Notes: generated by a model from the letters alone, not told the origin. A stretch of DNA of 64,000 nucleotides from Candidatus Melainabacteria bacterium (GCA_016699165.1 CP064963.1:2665880-2729879); one strand, 5' to 3'; shown: positions 18,709 through 29,197, numbered from the stretch's first letter. Translations and numbers: made by a program.

Positions 18709-19148
18709 AGTAGGCGATACATTCGCTTCTACACCACGGCAGCTACTTTAGGAGTGCAAGATTAACCTCTTGCACTCCTGCTGCTTAGGCAATTTATGTT
18801 TGTATCTAAAATTACTAAATGTTATCGTAAAGTGTTCAAAAACAAATTGGTCAACTGTCCAATTTCAATACCTAGCGCTAGTTACGCAAATTGCTAGCGA
18901 ATCCTCTTCTTGGCAGCCATGACTAAGTTGACATATTAGTAAGCCATTATGAACATTTTCTTTGTTTTCTTAATTACCACTTTTTACTAGGGTGAAATTC
19001 TCTCTCTTATCTCTCTACAGATTTCACTTCAAGAACCGCTAATACTCTGCAAATCTTCATTTCTTTCTCTCGTGTCTAACGAGGAAGGTTTGTACGGTCT
19101 TTGCTTCTTGAAACTTGTCTGAGACATAAAAAAACGAAAGGAACCTCA

Positions 19149-20522
19149 ATGAAACGATCTATCACTATCGTTTTGTCGACCGCCACATTGGCTGTCGCAG
19201 TTCTAGCCTTGGGTCTGCACAAGCAGTCCTCGGCTGATGAAGGAAATTTTCCGGACACCGTGCCGTGGCCGGCAAAGCCGATGTCGAATGTCTTCCTGCC
19301 CCCCAAGGGGTCTGGCAAGTCGTTCATTCTTCAGCGCTTCAAAATGGTTAAAGAGCCCGGGTTCAGCCATGAATGGCGCCAACTCGACTCTGCCACCATC
19401 CAGTGGGACGAATCTCACTTGTCGATAATTGAAGACCAGGATTACCGACGCGACATGTCGGTAAGTAAGAGCGTCAAGCACTTTCCTGGTATCACCATCG
19501 AAGACCGAGGTGGCTTGCGCCGCATCGCTCAATACGATATCGACGGCACCTTCCTCAAGCACCAGGTGTATCGCAAAGACGGCACACTTGAACGCCAGGG
19601 AGAATTCGTCAAGAAAAGCGACCAGTACGTCCAGACTTATTACTTCGAAGATGGTAAGACCATTCAACGCTCGCGTATCTTCTTTCGGGAGATCAGAACG
19701 GAGAACGTCAACATCGAAAAGGATGGTAAGAGCTGGGTTGAGACAATCTCTATTCCGACCAAGAAATTCAAACTCTTGAAGGAGGAGGTTTTTCAGCGTA
19801 CCGAAAAAGGCGTCATTCCCGAATCAGAAGTCTGGTTCATCCAGGGAGGCGGCGGTTATTTCAAGAAGGTTTTCAACGCCGAAGGTCAAAAAATCGGCAG
19901 TGTTAGTCAGGGCGCCAATGTCAAAGAACACGGCGAAATTTACAGCCCCGACGGAAAAAACCTTCTGGTCGAATACGATTTGGCTTATGGCATGCAGCCG
20001 GGCACAATGACCTACTTCCGATTGGACGGCACCATGTGGCAATCTCGCATGATGGTTCTTGGCGCCACCAACATTCTCATTTACGATGAGACCGGCAAAA
20101 AGGTCCTCTACAAGCAGATTTGGCGTGAACGCCCGTCTGTGGACGGCAAGCCTGCATACAGTATTCTCTCCAGAGTGGAACTGTACGATCCGGTTACTCA
20201 TGAGCAATCTGTCACCATTAACATGGTGAACAACGGATCGCTTATCGACTACGTTTACTACCGCCTACCCAACGGAAAGTTGCTCTACAAATTCCTCGAC
20301 AAAGATGGCTACATCGTTCGAACCGAGTTGCGTAACGGCAACAAGGTGGAAGAAACCGATACATCAAGCGTCAGGGAAAAGCTTTCTTTCAAGGAAGCAC
20401 TGTTCAAGCGCGACGATCCCATTAAGCTCACGGATTACAACTTCAACGATCCACGAGCACCGGCCTGGACTTATGACTATGAAGACCAGGTCTATCCCAA
20501 AATCGGCGATTACATTCCGTAA
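19149..20522 (+). CDS. Secreted repeat protein, paralog family P (member 4 of 5)
   Basis: AAAGGAAC Shine-Dalgarno sequence and ATG 19149 (MKRSITIVLSTATLAVAVLALG signal). FPDTV motif and QTYYFEDGKTIQRSRIF repeat unit, as in members 1 and 2. The track ORF start at 19101 is an upstream alternative. Confidence 0.8.
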   Translation: MKRSITIVLSTATLAVAVLALGLHKQSSADEGNFPDTVPWPAKPMSNVFLPPKGSGKSFILQRFKMVKEPGFSHEWRQLDSATIQWDESHLSIIEDQDYRRDMSVSKSVKHFPGITIEDRGGLRRIAQYDIDGTFLKHQVYRKDGTLERQGEFVKKSDQYVQTYYFEDGKTIQRSRIFFREIRTENVNIEKDGKSWVETISIPTKKFKLLKEEVFQRTEKGVIPESEVWFIQGGGGYFKKVFNAEGQKIGSVSQGANVKEHGEIYSPDGKNLLVEYDLAYGMQPGTMTYFRLDGTMWQSRMMVLGATNILIYDETGKKVLYKQIWRERPSVDGKPAYSILSRVELYDPVTHEQSVTINMVNNGSLIDYVYYRLPNGKLLYKFLDKDGYIVRTELRNGNKVEETDTSSVREKLSFKEALFKRDDPIKLTDYNFNDPRAPAWTYDYEDQVYPKIGDYIP

Positions 20523-20538
20523 GTTGGGAAGTTGAGAA

Positions 20539-20579
20539 GCAAGGTCAGGAACACAAATCCTGACTTTGCTTTCTTTTTC
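20539..20579 (+). terminator. Rho-independent terminator
   Basis: GCAAGGTCAGGA / TCCTGACTTTGC stem followed by TTTCTTTTTC. Confidence 0.65.
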
Positions 20580-20902
20580 GCACAACGCTACTATCAAACC
20601 TAATACAGATGTAACACCAAAGCAACGCATAGCGTCGTTTGGCGAGGGCAACACAAACTTATCCATAAATTACTCCCGAGCTTTAGTTGACGACCTTCAC
20701 GAGGCTCAGGGGGTTGTCTTTCACTGCCAAAATAATCGATTCAAAATCAAAAATATAAGTCCTTGGTCTTTAAATGGAATAAGCAAGTCACTAGATTTAG
20801 ACATCAATATTTTTCTTGCCATTTCTGCACTTAGAACCAAAACCTCATTCACCTCTTAACTTGAACCCCCTTCATGTCTCTTCTTGCAAGAAAGGATTCG
20901 CC

Positions 20903-21145
20903 ATGAGTTCAAGCACTAAAGCTGCAATCACCGCTTCTATCGTTCGTCGATCTGGGTCTGGTATTTCTGGTCGCATTCATTTTCAATCGTCTATTTCCCC
21001 GCAAGTAATCACCTCAACAGATGCTCGCGATGCGCAAGCCAATGCAGGTTATCACCCGCTTGGTTACGACTTCATCGGCTTCTCGTGCCAACAGGTTGAA
21101 GGCGGTTATCAGGCAACCTGGAGTTGTGCTGCAAGCTGCGACTAA
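20903..21145 (+). CDS. Small hypothetical protein (80 aa)
   Basis: AAAGGA Shine-Dalgarno sequence before ATG 20903. C-terminus has three Cys (FSCQQVEGGYQATWSCAASCD). No family recognised. Confidence 0.45.
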   Translation: MSSSTKAAITASIVRRSGSGISGRIHFQSSISPQVITSTDARDAQANAGYHPLGYDFIGFSCQQVEGGYQATWSCAASCD

Positions 21146-21387
21146 ATATTTTTCTGTTTGCATTGGCACAGGGGCGAATTTTAAATTCCCCCTGTCGCCT
21201 CCTTTTAATTCGCATTCTTGCTATAAAGCATAGTAAAAATAAACGTGTTCAGTTCACTCATCTCTGAAAGCCCTGCAGGGGCGTCACTTATAGTAGACAC
21301 CGTAGACGATCCGGCACATTTTAACCGTCAAAACCAAATGAATTTGGCCCATTAACAGTCCATTTCGGCCGATTTATCAACGTCGGT

Positions 21388-21396
21388 TGGTATAAT
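21388..21396 (+). promoter_or_regulatory. Candidate extended -10 promoter element (TGGTATAAT)
   Basis: TGnTATAAT match about 120 nt upstream of the response-regulator ATG. No convincing -35 box. Confidence 0.3.
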
Positions 21397-21514
21397 GATG
21401 CTATTCAAGAAAAGTCACTTAAATCATACAGCAAAGATTCAGACTGATACCGCTTTTAGTATCATCCCAGCAGGTTCGAACCAAGTAGATAGTCTAGTGT
21501 AGTGAAAAGACAAT

Positions 21515-21889
21515 ATGGCAAGCCGCGTCCTAATAATTGGTGATGATGCCAATCTCACAGACTTTTTGATTGCAAGAATCAAAGAGTACGGTTTGGAAGT
21601 TGAATGCGCCATAAACACGAACGAGGCGATGGATTTTTTGTTTCAAAACAATTACAGCTTGATCTTTATGGACATGCAAACTCCCGGCTTGAGCGGTTAT
21701 AGCCTTGGTAGTTCTATTCGCAAGTTCGAACATTACAAAGCGAAACTGGCAGTGCCAATCATTGCTATATGCGAATCTCCAGACGAATCAAAATGTTTGA
21801 CCAGCGGTATTAACCTATGCATATCCAAGCCTTTATCAGCTGAAAAACTCTCAGACTCAGTATCTAAACTGCTTCCCCACAGGGTCTAG
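21515..21889 (+). CDS. Stand-alone response-regulator receiver (CheY-like) protein
   Basis: IIGDD acidic pocket, phospho-acceptor context LIFMDMQTPGLSG, and conserved Lys in CISKP. No output domain and no kinase gene nearby. Confidence 0.85.
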   Translation: MASRVLIIGDDANLTDFLIARIKEYGLEVECAINTNEAMDFLFQNNYSLIFMDMQTPGLSGYSLGSSIRKFEHYKAKLAVPIIAICESPDESKCLTSGINLCISKPLSAEKLSDSVSKLLPHRV

Positions 21890-21999
21890 ATCTAGGCAGA
21901 TTTTTCACTTCGTGCAATAGTAGTTATAGGCAGTCTTCGCAAATGCTGTCTGGAAGCCAACTGTATCACCTAATTAGTAGAAAAGGCGCGTAACACCTG

Positions 22000-23013
22000 T
22001 TGCGCCATCAAGGTTTGGACTCTTTGAAATTTTGGACCAGATCACCGTTAACATCAACGGTCAGACTTGTTGTTCTGACAGTGATCCTGAATTTATTTAG
22101 TTCTAGCGTCCCTGTTGCCAGTGAGGATATCTCGCCATATATAAGAACTTATGACGAGGTCTGGCAATTAGTTGATGAACACTTCCTTTTCAGAGATCGT
22201 TTAAAAGGATGGACAAACTGGCGCCATAGATTCGATTCTGAATTAACTGACAAAGAACAGCTCGACCAGTCAATTGCAGCCATGCTTGGATCTTTAAAAG
22301 ACACCTACACTTTTTATAGAGACAGCGATGCCACCACGGCTAGACGGGCACTAGATAACGAAAAAGATGTAGTTACATATAAAAAATTAGCAGACCGAAT
22401 TGGATATATTCGCATTTCTGGATTCTGCTCCAAGCTCTGTATTCGAGAATTGAGCGTCGCTTTGACAAATCTCAAGGACTGTCAGGGATATATTTTGGAC
22501 TTGCAGGACAATAGCGGAGGATGCGTTGATATTGCTTTTGAATCGTTCGCTCTATTCAGTCCCCAGGGCGATTTCGTTTCAATGAAAGGTACAAGCGTGG
22601 GCGAATCAAGCCCGGAAAAATGGTATTTAGAAAAAAACAAAGCTCTAATAGAATCAGATGGAGACGTAGCAGAATCGCTCAGATTGCCGAACTACACCGG
22701 CAACAAACCACTTGTTGTACTGATTAATGAAAACACGCGCTCCGCCGCAGAGATGCTGGCTGGAGCACTGCAAGACAATGGCAGAGCAATTTTACTTGGC
22801 AGACAATCTTTTGGAAAAGGAATTGTGCAACGAGTATGGGACTTGCCCGACAACACCTCAGTCAAGATTTCATCAGCTTATTACTACTTGCCCCTGGGAA
22901 GGGCAATTCATGGAGTGGGAGTCAAACCAGACATAGTAGTAGACAAAGAGCCGCTTCTAGACAAAGCGAGTACTTTGATTAGGTCAAAACAAATTGCCAA
23001 AATAGGCAACTAA
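22000..23013 (+). CDS. S41-family C-terminal processing peptidase (no PDZ domain evident)
   Basis: ILDLQDNSGG box, Ser box LVVLINENTRSAAEMLAGALQD and Lys box GRQSFGKGIVQ. Only TTG starts are available (22000, 22015, 22024), so the N-terminus is uncertain. Confidence 0.8.
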   Translation: MRHQGLDSLKFWTRSPLTSTVRLVVLTVILNLFSSSVPVASEDISPYIRTYDEVWQLVDEHFLFRDRLKGWTNWRHRFDSELTDKEQLDQSIAAMLGSLKDTYTFYRDSDATTARRALDNEKDVVTYKKLADRIGYIRISGFCSKLCIRELSVALTNLKDCQGYILDLQDNSGGCVDIAFESFALFSPQGDFVSMKGTSVGESSPEKWYLEKNKALIESDGDVAESLRLPNYTGNKPLVVLINENTRSAAEMLAGALQDNGRAILLGRQSFGKGIVQRVWDLPDNTSVKISSAYYYLPLGRAIHGVGVKPDIVVDKEPLLDKASTLIRSKQIAKIGN

Positions 23014-23015
23014 TT

Positions 23016-24488
23016 TTAGTAGGCTCTGCCAAAAACCACTTTGCGTGAGGTTTCACGCCCGGTATAGAGACACTTGCCGCTTTCAATTGCATGTCCTTCT
23101 TTGTGAAAAGGAATAGTTCTGATTGTGGCTTTAGTTTCGTCTTTGATTTTACCTTCGTCTTGGGTGGTCCCGTCCCAGAAAGCTTCTACAAAGACGTTTT
23201 TGTCTTTGAGAGTGGCCTTAAGCTCGTCATAGGTATTAACTTTGACAGTGTTTTTAGAACGAAATTCTAGTGCTCGATTAAAAATACTCTTCTGAATAGT
23301 GATCATCAGTCCAGACAATTCGTTGCTCAAACTAGCAAGGGCCAGGTTGCGAATTTTCTCTCCTGTGTCACGACGAGCCAACTCAACTACATTATTGGCC
23401 ATGTCTTTGGGACCGATATTGAGACGAACAGGAACTCCCTTCTGCTCCCAATAATTGAATTTAAATCCAGGAGTGAGATTGTCGCGATCGTCCAAGTGAA
23501 CGCGGAAATCTTCTTTGAGAGTGCCAAAGACAGACTTACAATATTCAAGTACCTTTGTGCGCTCTTCATCCGATTTGTAGATAGGAACAATCACAATTTG
23601 AATAGGAGCAATTCTGGGCGGCAGAATGAGACCTTTATCGTCGCCATGACCAAGCACAACGGCTCCTACCAAACGAGTAGAAGCCCCCCAACTGGTTTGA
23701 TAAGCATGTTCAAGTTGACCTTCGGTATTCTGGAATTGAATCTCGAATGCCTTGGCGAAATTTTGACCAAGATAATGAGAAGTGCCTGCTTGCAGAGCCT
23801 TACCATCGCGCATCATGGCTTCGATACAATAAGTGCGAACTGCTCCAGCAAAACGCTCGCGCTCTGTCTTCTCACCGGTCAAGACTGGCAATGCAAGCCA
23901 CTCTTCTGACAAAACGCGATAGCACTCAAGCATTTTCATCGCTTCTTCTTCGGCTTCTTGCGCGGTTGCATGCGCAGTATGCCCTTCTTGCCACAAAAAC
24001 TCGGTAGTACGCAAAAATAGCCTGGTACGCATTTCCCAACGAACAACATTAGCCCATTGATTAATGAGAATAGGCAAATCGCGCCAGGATTGGACCCATT
24101 TTGCAAACATGTGATTTATGATGGTTTCAGAAGTTGGACGCACGATGTAGGGCTCTTCCAATTTCTTGCCGCCACCATGAGTAACAACGGCACATTCTGG
24201 GGCAAATCCTTCAACGTGCTCTTTTTCTTTGTTCAGAAAAGATTCGGGAATGAAAAGTGGAAAATAGGCATTTTGGTGACCCGTGTCCTTGATCATTTTG
24301 TCGAGCGCTTTTTGAATGTGTTCCCAAAGGGCATATCCATATGGTCTGATCACCATACAGCCTTTGACTGGCGCATAATCTGCCAGCTCAGACTCGATTA
24401 TAGTTTTGGTGTACCAGGCGGAACGGTCATCGGCGCCGTCTTCACGTTCCATTTGCTCTTGATCCAAGGTATTTTCCTTGACTTCCAT
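23016..24488 (-). CDS. proS: Proline--tRNA ligase, archaeal/eukaryote-like type
   Basis: Class II aaRS motifs (YFPLFIP, RPTSET, FLRTTEFLWQEGHTAH) and a C-terminal ProRS-C domain ending ...VVFGRAY. ATG at 24488 preferred over TTG at 24503. Confidence 0.95.
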   Translation of the reverse strand: MEVKENTLDQEQMEREDGADDRSAWYTKTIIESELADYAPVKGCMVIRPYGYALWEHIQKALDKMIKDTGHQNAYFPLFIPESFLNKEKEHVEGFAPECAVVTHGGGKKLEEPYIVRPTSETIINHMFAKWVQSWRDLPILINQWANVVRWEMRTRLFLRTTEFLWQEGHTAHATAQEAEEEAMKMLECYRVLSEEWLALPVLTGEKTERERFAGAVRTYCIEAMMRDGKALQAGTSHYLGQNFAKAFEIQFQNTEGQLEHAYQTSWGASTRLVGAVVLGHGDDKGLILPPRIAPIQIVIVPIYKSDEERTKVLEYCKSVFGTLKEDFRVHLDDRDNLTPGFKFNYWEQKGVPVRLNIGPKDMANNVVELARRDTGEKIRNLALASLSNELSGLMITIQKSIFNRALEFRSKNTVKVNTYDELKATLKDKNVFVEAFWDGTTQDEGKIKDETKATIRTIPFHKEGHAIESGKCLYTGRETSRKVVFGRAY

Positions 24489-24588
24489 TTTGAAGCCTCG
24501 CAATTTTCGGGTATAAAACAGGCAATAGTTATACTAATAAGTGACTCTGAGCACAACCTCGCCACTTCTTATTGATAAGGCAAGTAAC

Positions 24589-25842
24589 ATGCAACTCTCC
24601 GGCGACCTCACAAAAGTAAGCGTTCCAAATCTATTGCAGTTGGTGCGAACTGGTGCATTGACTGGAATAATCGCTTTCAACAAAGACATGAATTCAGCAA
24701 CCGTAATGGTCGACAATGGCTATCCATGCCATGCTGAAGCAGAAGGTCAGCAGGGACTGGAAGCGCTTTTGGAATTGTTTTTGTGGAATGCAGGCTCGTT
24801 TGCTTTCAACGAAGAAGACGCCAATTACATTTCGGTCTGTACTGATTTTGAGCTGACTAAATGCACTCTGGAGTACATTCTCAAAGAAGGTATGCATTAT
24901 GTAGAGAGCAAGAAATTTCTTGAAGACATCGGCGTCTCGATGCATTCAATTTTAAAACCGATTGAGAAAACAAAAAAGATTCACCCGCCAGAAATGTCTT
25001 TACTCGACGGCAAGAAAACGCTCCAGGACGCACTTGGTCCGCTCAATTTATCTAAGTCAATGTTTGTCACTACCGTTGCTGACTGGATCATGGACGAATT
25101 AGCCGAGCCAGTTTCGCTTGGTGCAAACAAAGCCGAAGCTGTAAATCAGTCAGATACAGTCCCCGGACAGAATCAAAGATCAGGCGAATTGAAAGATGTG
25201 GAATCTATTAGGTTGCCACCATGGGTGGTAGCGCGCTTACGTCAAGAAAATAGTAATATTTCCAAAGCGATTGAAAACATGGTTGTCTGGACAGATAGAG
25301 CTAAAATATGGCTCTATCAGCTTGAAGGCGATTTTGGCAAAATACGCTCCGTATTAGATCGCGAACAACCAGGAGCAATTTCTGCTCTACCATCCCAAAC
25401 GGCTCTTGGACCTGCATCCGGCACCGAATACGGTGACGTACTCACTTTTACTGACGATATGGAAAACTATCCAGAATGCGGATCGGCTTCAGTCGACACC
25501 GATGAACCGGCTGAGATGCAAGAAGATCTATCTAGTTCTATTCCAGGTTCCATGCCTGCCTCTATGCCACCTGCCATGCCCTTTAGTCAAGATTCTTATT
25601 TGCAAGGCAGTGGTGGATACTCATACGGTTATGGCTCGGGAATGAGCAGCCTTGGCTACTTAGGGCAAGGTCGCAGCAATTTTTCTTCCTTTGGCGGAAT
25701 GCGCAGACATTCCTATTCATCTGATGCCACAATGTTCAGTCTAGACCATCGCTCATACGACAAAGACGTTATGAGTAATCAAAGACAGCCTGAATTGCCT
25801 CATATGGAAGTCGTTTACGACAGTGACGACGGTGGATTGTAA
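24589..25842 (+). CDS. DUF4388-domain protein with a G/S/Y/M-rich low-complexity C-terminus
   Basis: N-terminus MQLSGDLTKVSVPNLLQLVRTGALTGIIAF matches the DUF4388 signature (G-x-L-x4-L-x-(D/N)-L-L-Q-L). C-terminal GSGGYSYGYGSGMSSLGYLGQG. Confidence 0.7.
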   Translation: MQLSGDLTKVSVPNLLQLVRTGALTGIIAFNKDMNSATVMVDNGYPCHAEAEGQQGLEALLELFLWNAGSFAFNEEDANYISVCTDFELTKCTLEYILKEGMHYVESKKFLEDIGVSMHSILKPIEKTKKIHPPEMSLLDGKKTLQDALGPLNLSKSMFVTTVADWIMDELAEPVSLGANKAEAVNQSDTVPGQNQRSGELKDVESIRLPPWVVARLRQENSNISKAIENMVVWTDRAKIWLYQLEGDFGKIRSVLDREQPGAISALPSQTALGPASGTEYGDVLTFTDDMENYPECGSASVDTDEPAEMQEDLSSSIPGSMPASMPPAMPFSQDSYLQGSGGYSYGYGSGMSSLGYLGQGRSNFSSFGGMRRHSYSSDATMFSLDHRSYDKDVMSNQRQPELPHMEVVYDSDDGGL

Positions 25843-25850
25843 TTGTTAGA

Positions 25851-26708
25851 TCAAGGCTTAGATTTAACTGGGCTTATGACATTGGTTGGCATCAGACGAC
25901 TTTTTTCCAAACCTAGCTCATAGCCCTGGTTTTGCTTAATTGTCTGAGCGTTAATATAATGCTTAGTCAAATCCAAAATTGTTACTTTAGACGAATCAAG
26001 ATCTTTCATTTCGTGCAGTTCAGATGGGCTATGTCCCGACAACACGCAATACAAGCTCACCGCCGCCGTCCAGTCATACAAGTCATTTACAAATACAAGA
26101 CTAGGTTCGACTTTATTTTCTTTTGCTGTTTCTTGAGCGAAAATAAATCCGTCCGACGCTGGCGCGATGAGAATACCAAGTCTTTGTGCCAATTTGCGCG
26201 ACATTGCGCTTATCACTTCCTGTCTAATTTTTAGAGATTGATCTCCGATCAATTTTACAGTTTCATCAATAGGCAAAGCTAAAAGAACAACTCTTGCCCC
26301 TCTGGCCTTACACTGGGCCGCTACTCGCTTAAGACGCTCTAGCCACTCAATTGGTTTTTGATGAAAATCAAGACCCGACATTTCTAAAATAACAAAATCC
26401 CATTCCTTGCGCGAAGCTAAAGTAGTCTTCAGTTCTTCGTCATTACCCGACAGGCTGATTTCAAGCTTTCTTTCTTGCCTTGAATCGACAGCCATGGACG
26501 AGACCATTTTTGAAATATTTTGCAATTCTTTATTTTGACCGGACAAAATTAGATGGACAGGAGCGTTCGCTACTTTCACCTTATTCTGGTTATTAAAATA
26601 ATCGGTCAACACTCCAAAGACCCAGGTCGACAAAGCAACCACAGCAAGCACAATTGCCGCCCAGATATAGGGTGGTATTCGCTGTAACAATGGGCTTTCT
26701 TCACTCAT
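25851..26708 (-). CDS. N-terminally membrane-anchored hypothetical protein (285 aa)
   Basis: One TM (IWAAIVLAVVALSTWVFGVL). ATG lies 5 nt after the btpA stop, implying co-transcription. No family recognised. Confidence 0.65.
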   Translation of the reverse strand: MSEESPLLQRIPPYIWAAIVLAVVALSTWVFGVLTDYFNNQNKVKVANAPVHLILSGQNKELQNISKMVSSMAVDSRQERKLEISLSGNDEELKTTLASRKEWDFVILEMSGLDFHQKPIEWLERLKRVAAQCKARGARVVLLALPIDETVKLIGDQSLKIRQEVISAMSRKLAQRLGILIAPASDGFIFAQETAKENKVEPSLVFVNDLYDWTAAVSLYCVLSGHSPSELHEMKDLDSSKVTILDLTKHYINAQTIKQNQGYELGLEKSRLMPTNVISPVKSKP

Positions 26709-26713
26709 TATAA

Positions 26714-27517
26714 TTAACGTGCTGCTTTTACAGCATTGACAAAATCTCGCACCCTATCTACGTCTACAGGCTGTTCCAACTGCCCTCTGCGTTTGAGCGT
26801 GGTACCGACTATGATGCCGTCAGCAACCGACAATAAATCTTTGACATTCTCTTGAGTCGACCCGCTTCCTATAAAAATTGGCGCTTCAGGCATAGCTTTA
26901 CGCACTTTTTTCAAGTCGTTCATATCTGGAGTTTGACCAGTTCCAGTTCCACTTACTATTAATGCGTCGCCACCAGCTCGAAGCATAGTATCTTTGGCAG
27001 ATAAAGCAATGTCTGTACCTTCGCCTAGCGGATAAGCATGTTTGACCATGACGTCGGCAAATATTTTTATATTGTCGCTCATCAATTGTCTTCTATACAT
27101 GAGTACGTTGCGGGCGTCACTCTCTATGATGCCCTGGTCTGTAACCATGGCTCCACTCAAAACGTTTATTCTTACGTAGTCTGCACCACATACAGTGGCA
27201 ATAGCCAATGCCGTCAAAGCATCGTTGCGAAGAACATTGACCCCGATTGGTAAATTGGTAACTCCAGAAACCCTCTTGACAGCCAAGGTTAGAGCACAAG
27301 CGGTAGAAACATCTACACGGTCTTTGGCAAAAGGAGCATCAAAAAAGTTTTCGATGATAATTGAGTCGATTCCGCCCGAAGCAAGCGCCAAAGCTTCCTG
27401 TTCAGCTCTTAGCAACACCTCTTCCAGATCTCCCATCCACCGTGGTGAGCCAGGTAAAGGCAAGAGATGGATCACGCCGATGACCGGTTTTTTCGATTTA
27501 AAAATAGTTTCCAACAT
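26714..27517 (-). CDS. btpA: BtpA/SgcQ-family TIM-barrel protein
   Basis: N-terminal KPVIGVIHLLPLPGSP and internal IIIENFFDAPF, GVNVLRND and GADYVRINV boxes typical of the BtpA family. Confidence 0.85.
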   Translation of the reverse strand: MLETIFKSKKPVIGVIHLLPLPGSPRWMGDLEEVLLRAEQEALALASGGIDSIIIENFFDAPFAKDRVDVSTACALTLAVKRVSGVTNLPIGVNVLRNDALTALAIATVCGADYVRINVLSGAMVTDQGIIESDARNVLMYRRQLMSDNIKIFADVMVKHAYPLGEGTDIALSAKDTMLRAGGDALIVSGTGTGQTPDMNDLKKVRKAMPEAPIFIGSGSTQENVKDLLSVADGIIVGTTLKRRGQLEQPVDVDRVRDFVNAVKAAR

Positions 27518-27782
27518 TTCAAAATGCCCTTGACAACAGAGTTTAGCGAGGTTCGCGCACTTAAAAATTATATGATGAGTTTGTTGTTGACATGGGACTA
27601 AGCAACTTAATAAGCTTCGGAGTCCTTTTTAAATTCCACTAGCGAGAAATATCTTCTGATTTCTCCTCTTTAGCTAATTATCCTATTTTTGCCAAACAAA
27701 GTTCGAGGTAATGCCTTCTGGGACTGCTCGCACTTTGTTTCATCCCACACGGGTCAACATTTAACTAGAGAAAGGCACTCAA

Positions 27783-28901
27783 ATGGCCGATATCTTCTCA
27801 CTGTCCGCCATGCTTGGAAGCATGACGGGAGTGACCACGATGCTGCTTGGGCTCGTTCTCCTGATTCTCGTTCACGAGGCAGGACACTGGCTGGTCGCAC
27901 GTTACTACGGGTTCAAGACACCCGTCTTTTCCATCGGGTTCGGAACCCGAAATATGTCTTGGGTGCTTGGCACCTTCTGGGAAACCGAATTCCGCATAAC
28001 CCCGTTTCTTCTCGGCGGCTATGTTTCTATTCCCGAACTACAAGACGAGTCGACCATGCTCGAGCTGCAGAAGCAGTCCGGCGGCGACGCGTCCAAAGTC
28101 CAGTACAAGGTCTTCCCGGTCTATCAGCGCATGCTGGTTGCCATTGCTGGCATCGTCATGAACGTTCTCACCGCGCTCGTTATCTTCGCCGCCCTCTTCT
28201 TCTTTGTCGGCAAGATGACTGCAACTCCGACCACTCAAGTGGCTGGATTCGCCGAGCAGGTCACAATCGCGCGTGACGCCGGCATACAGTTGCAAGACGT
28301 TATTGTCACCGTCAACGGTGTCAAAACCGATTCGCCGCAACTGGTCATGCAGACTCTGCAGACTCGCAAGAATCTGGTCACTCAAATCGGCGTCAATCGC
28401 GGCGGAAGCCCGGTCGAAGTCTCGGTCACACCCAATGACAAAGGACAGATTGGTATCGCATTCACCCTCAAAGTGGAAGCGAACAAGCTCTCCTTCGGCT
28501 CGGCACTGGTCGAAAGCGGCAAGACAACCTATGACGCGATCGCCGGCATGTTCCATGGTTTGGGCATGATGGTGGGGCTGGTCGAAAAGCCTCAGGGCGC
28601 TGAAATGCGAGGCATCATCGGCATTGTGCAGATGGGCAGCGACGCTTACAGCATGGGTTGGTACCAATTCAACTGGCTGCTAGCCATGATCAGCCTCAAT
28701 CTGGCGGTGATGAACATTTTGCCCATTCCTGCCCTCGACGGCGGACACATGCTCTTCTTCACCATCGAAGGACTGCGCGGCAAGCCGGTTAACCCTGCCT
28801 TGAAGGGACGGGTGACCTTGCTTTTCGTGGCCATGCTGATGCTGCTCTTCGTCTACATGACGGGTGCAGATCTTCTGCGAATTTTTGGAATCAGTTTCTG
28901 A
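27783..28901 (+). CDS. rseP: RIP (site-2) zinc metalloprotease RseP, M50 family
   Basis: HEAGHWLVARYYG (HEXXH), internal PDZ-like segment, and NILPIPALDGGH (NxxPxxxLDG). Confidence 0.9.
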   Translation: MADIFSLSAMLGSMTGVTTMLLGLVLLILVHEAGHWLVARYYGFKTPVFSIGFGTRNMSWVLGTFWETEFRITPFLLGGYVSIPELQDESTMLELQKQSGGDASKVQYKVFPVYQRMLVAIAGIVMNVLTALVIFAALFFFVGKMTATPTTQVAGFAEQVTIARDAGIQLQDVIVTVNGVKTDSPQLVMQTLQTRKNLVTQIGVNRGGSPVEVSVTPNDKGQIGIAFTLKVEANKLSFGSALVESGKTTYDAIAGMFHGLGMMVGLVEKPQGAEMRGIIGIVQMGSDAYSMGWYQFNWLLAMISLNLAVMNILPIPALDGGHMLFFTIEGLRGKPVNPALKGRVTLLFVAMLMLLFVYMTGADLLRIFGISF

Positions 28902-28995
28902 TTCTTTCAAGATTGAGAGTGGAGGCTAGTTTAATTTAGCCTCCCTCCTTCATTTGCCTCTATTGAAACTCTACAAAACAAAAAGGAACACAACA

Positions 28996-29172
28996 ATGGA
29001 CCTCTCACCCATCGGCTGGATCACCCTCATCGGCGTGGTTCTTCTCATCGCATCAGTGCCCCTTGGTCAAGCAAGAAGCGGCACCCCAACGCACAACCTG
29101 GCGAACGCCATGACCCTCATCGGCGCGCTCGGACTTCTCATTGGTCTTGGCGCCTGGATGTTCGGCGGCTAA
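28996..29172 (+). CDS. Small two-TM membrane protein (58 aa)
   Basis: AAAAGGAAC Shine-Dalgarno sequence before ATG 28996. Two hydrophobic helices. Followed by a strong terminator. Confidence 0.5.
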   Translation: MDLSPIGWITLIGVVLLIASVPLGQARSGTPTHNLANAMTLIGALGLLIGLGAWMFGG

Positions 29173-29197
29173 TTCCAATCTGATTTATTACGCTCAG

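Noticed and set aside
21440-21500. tRNA-like GGTTCGAACC (T-loop-like), and TAGCTCAG (D-loop-like) at 17787-17794
   Set aside because: Neither has the accompanying acceptor, anticodon and T-stem pairings or the spacing of a tRNA. I found no tRNA, rRNA or tmRNA in the window.
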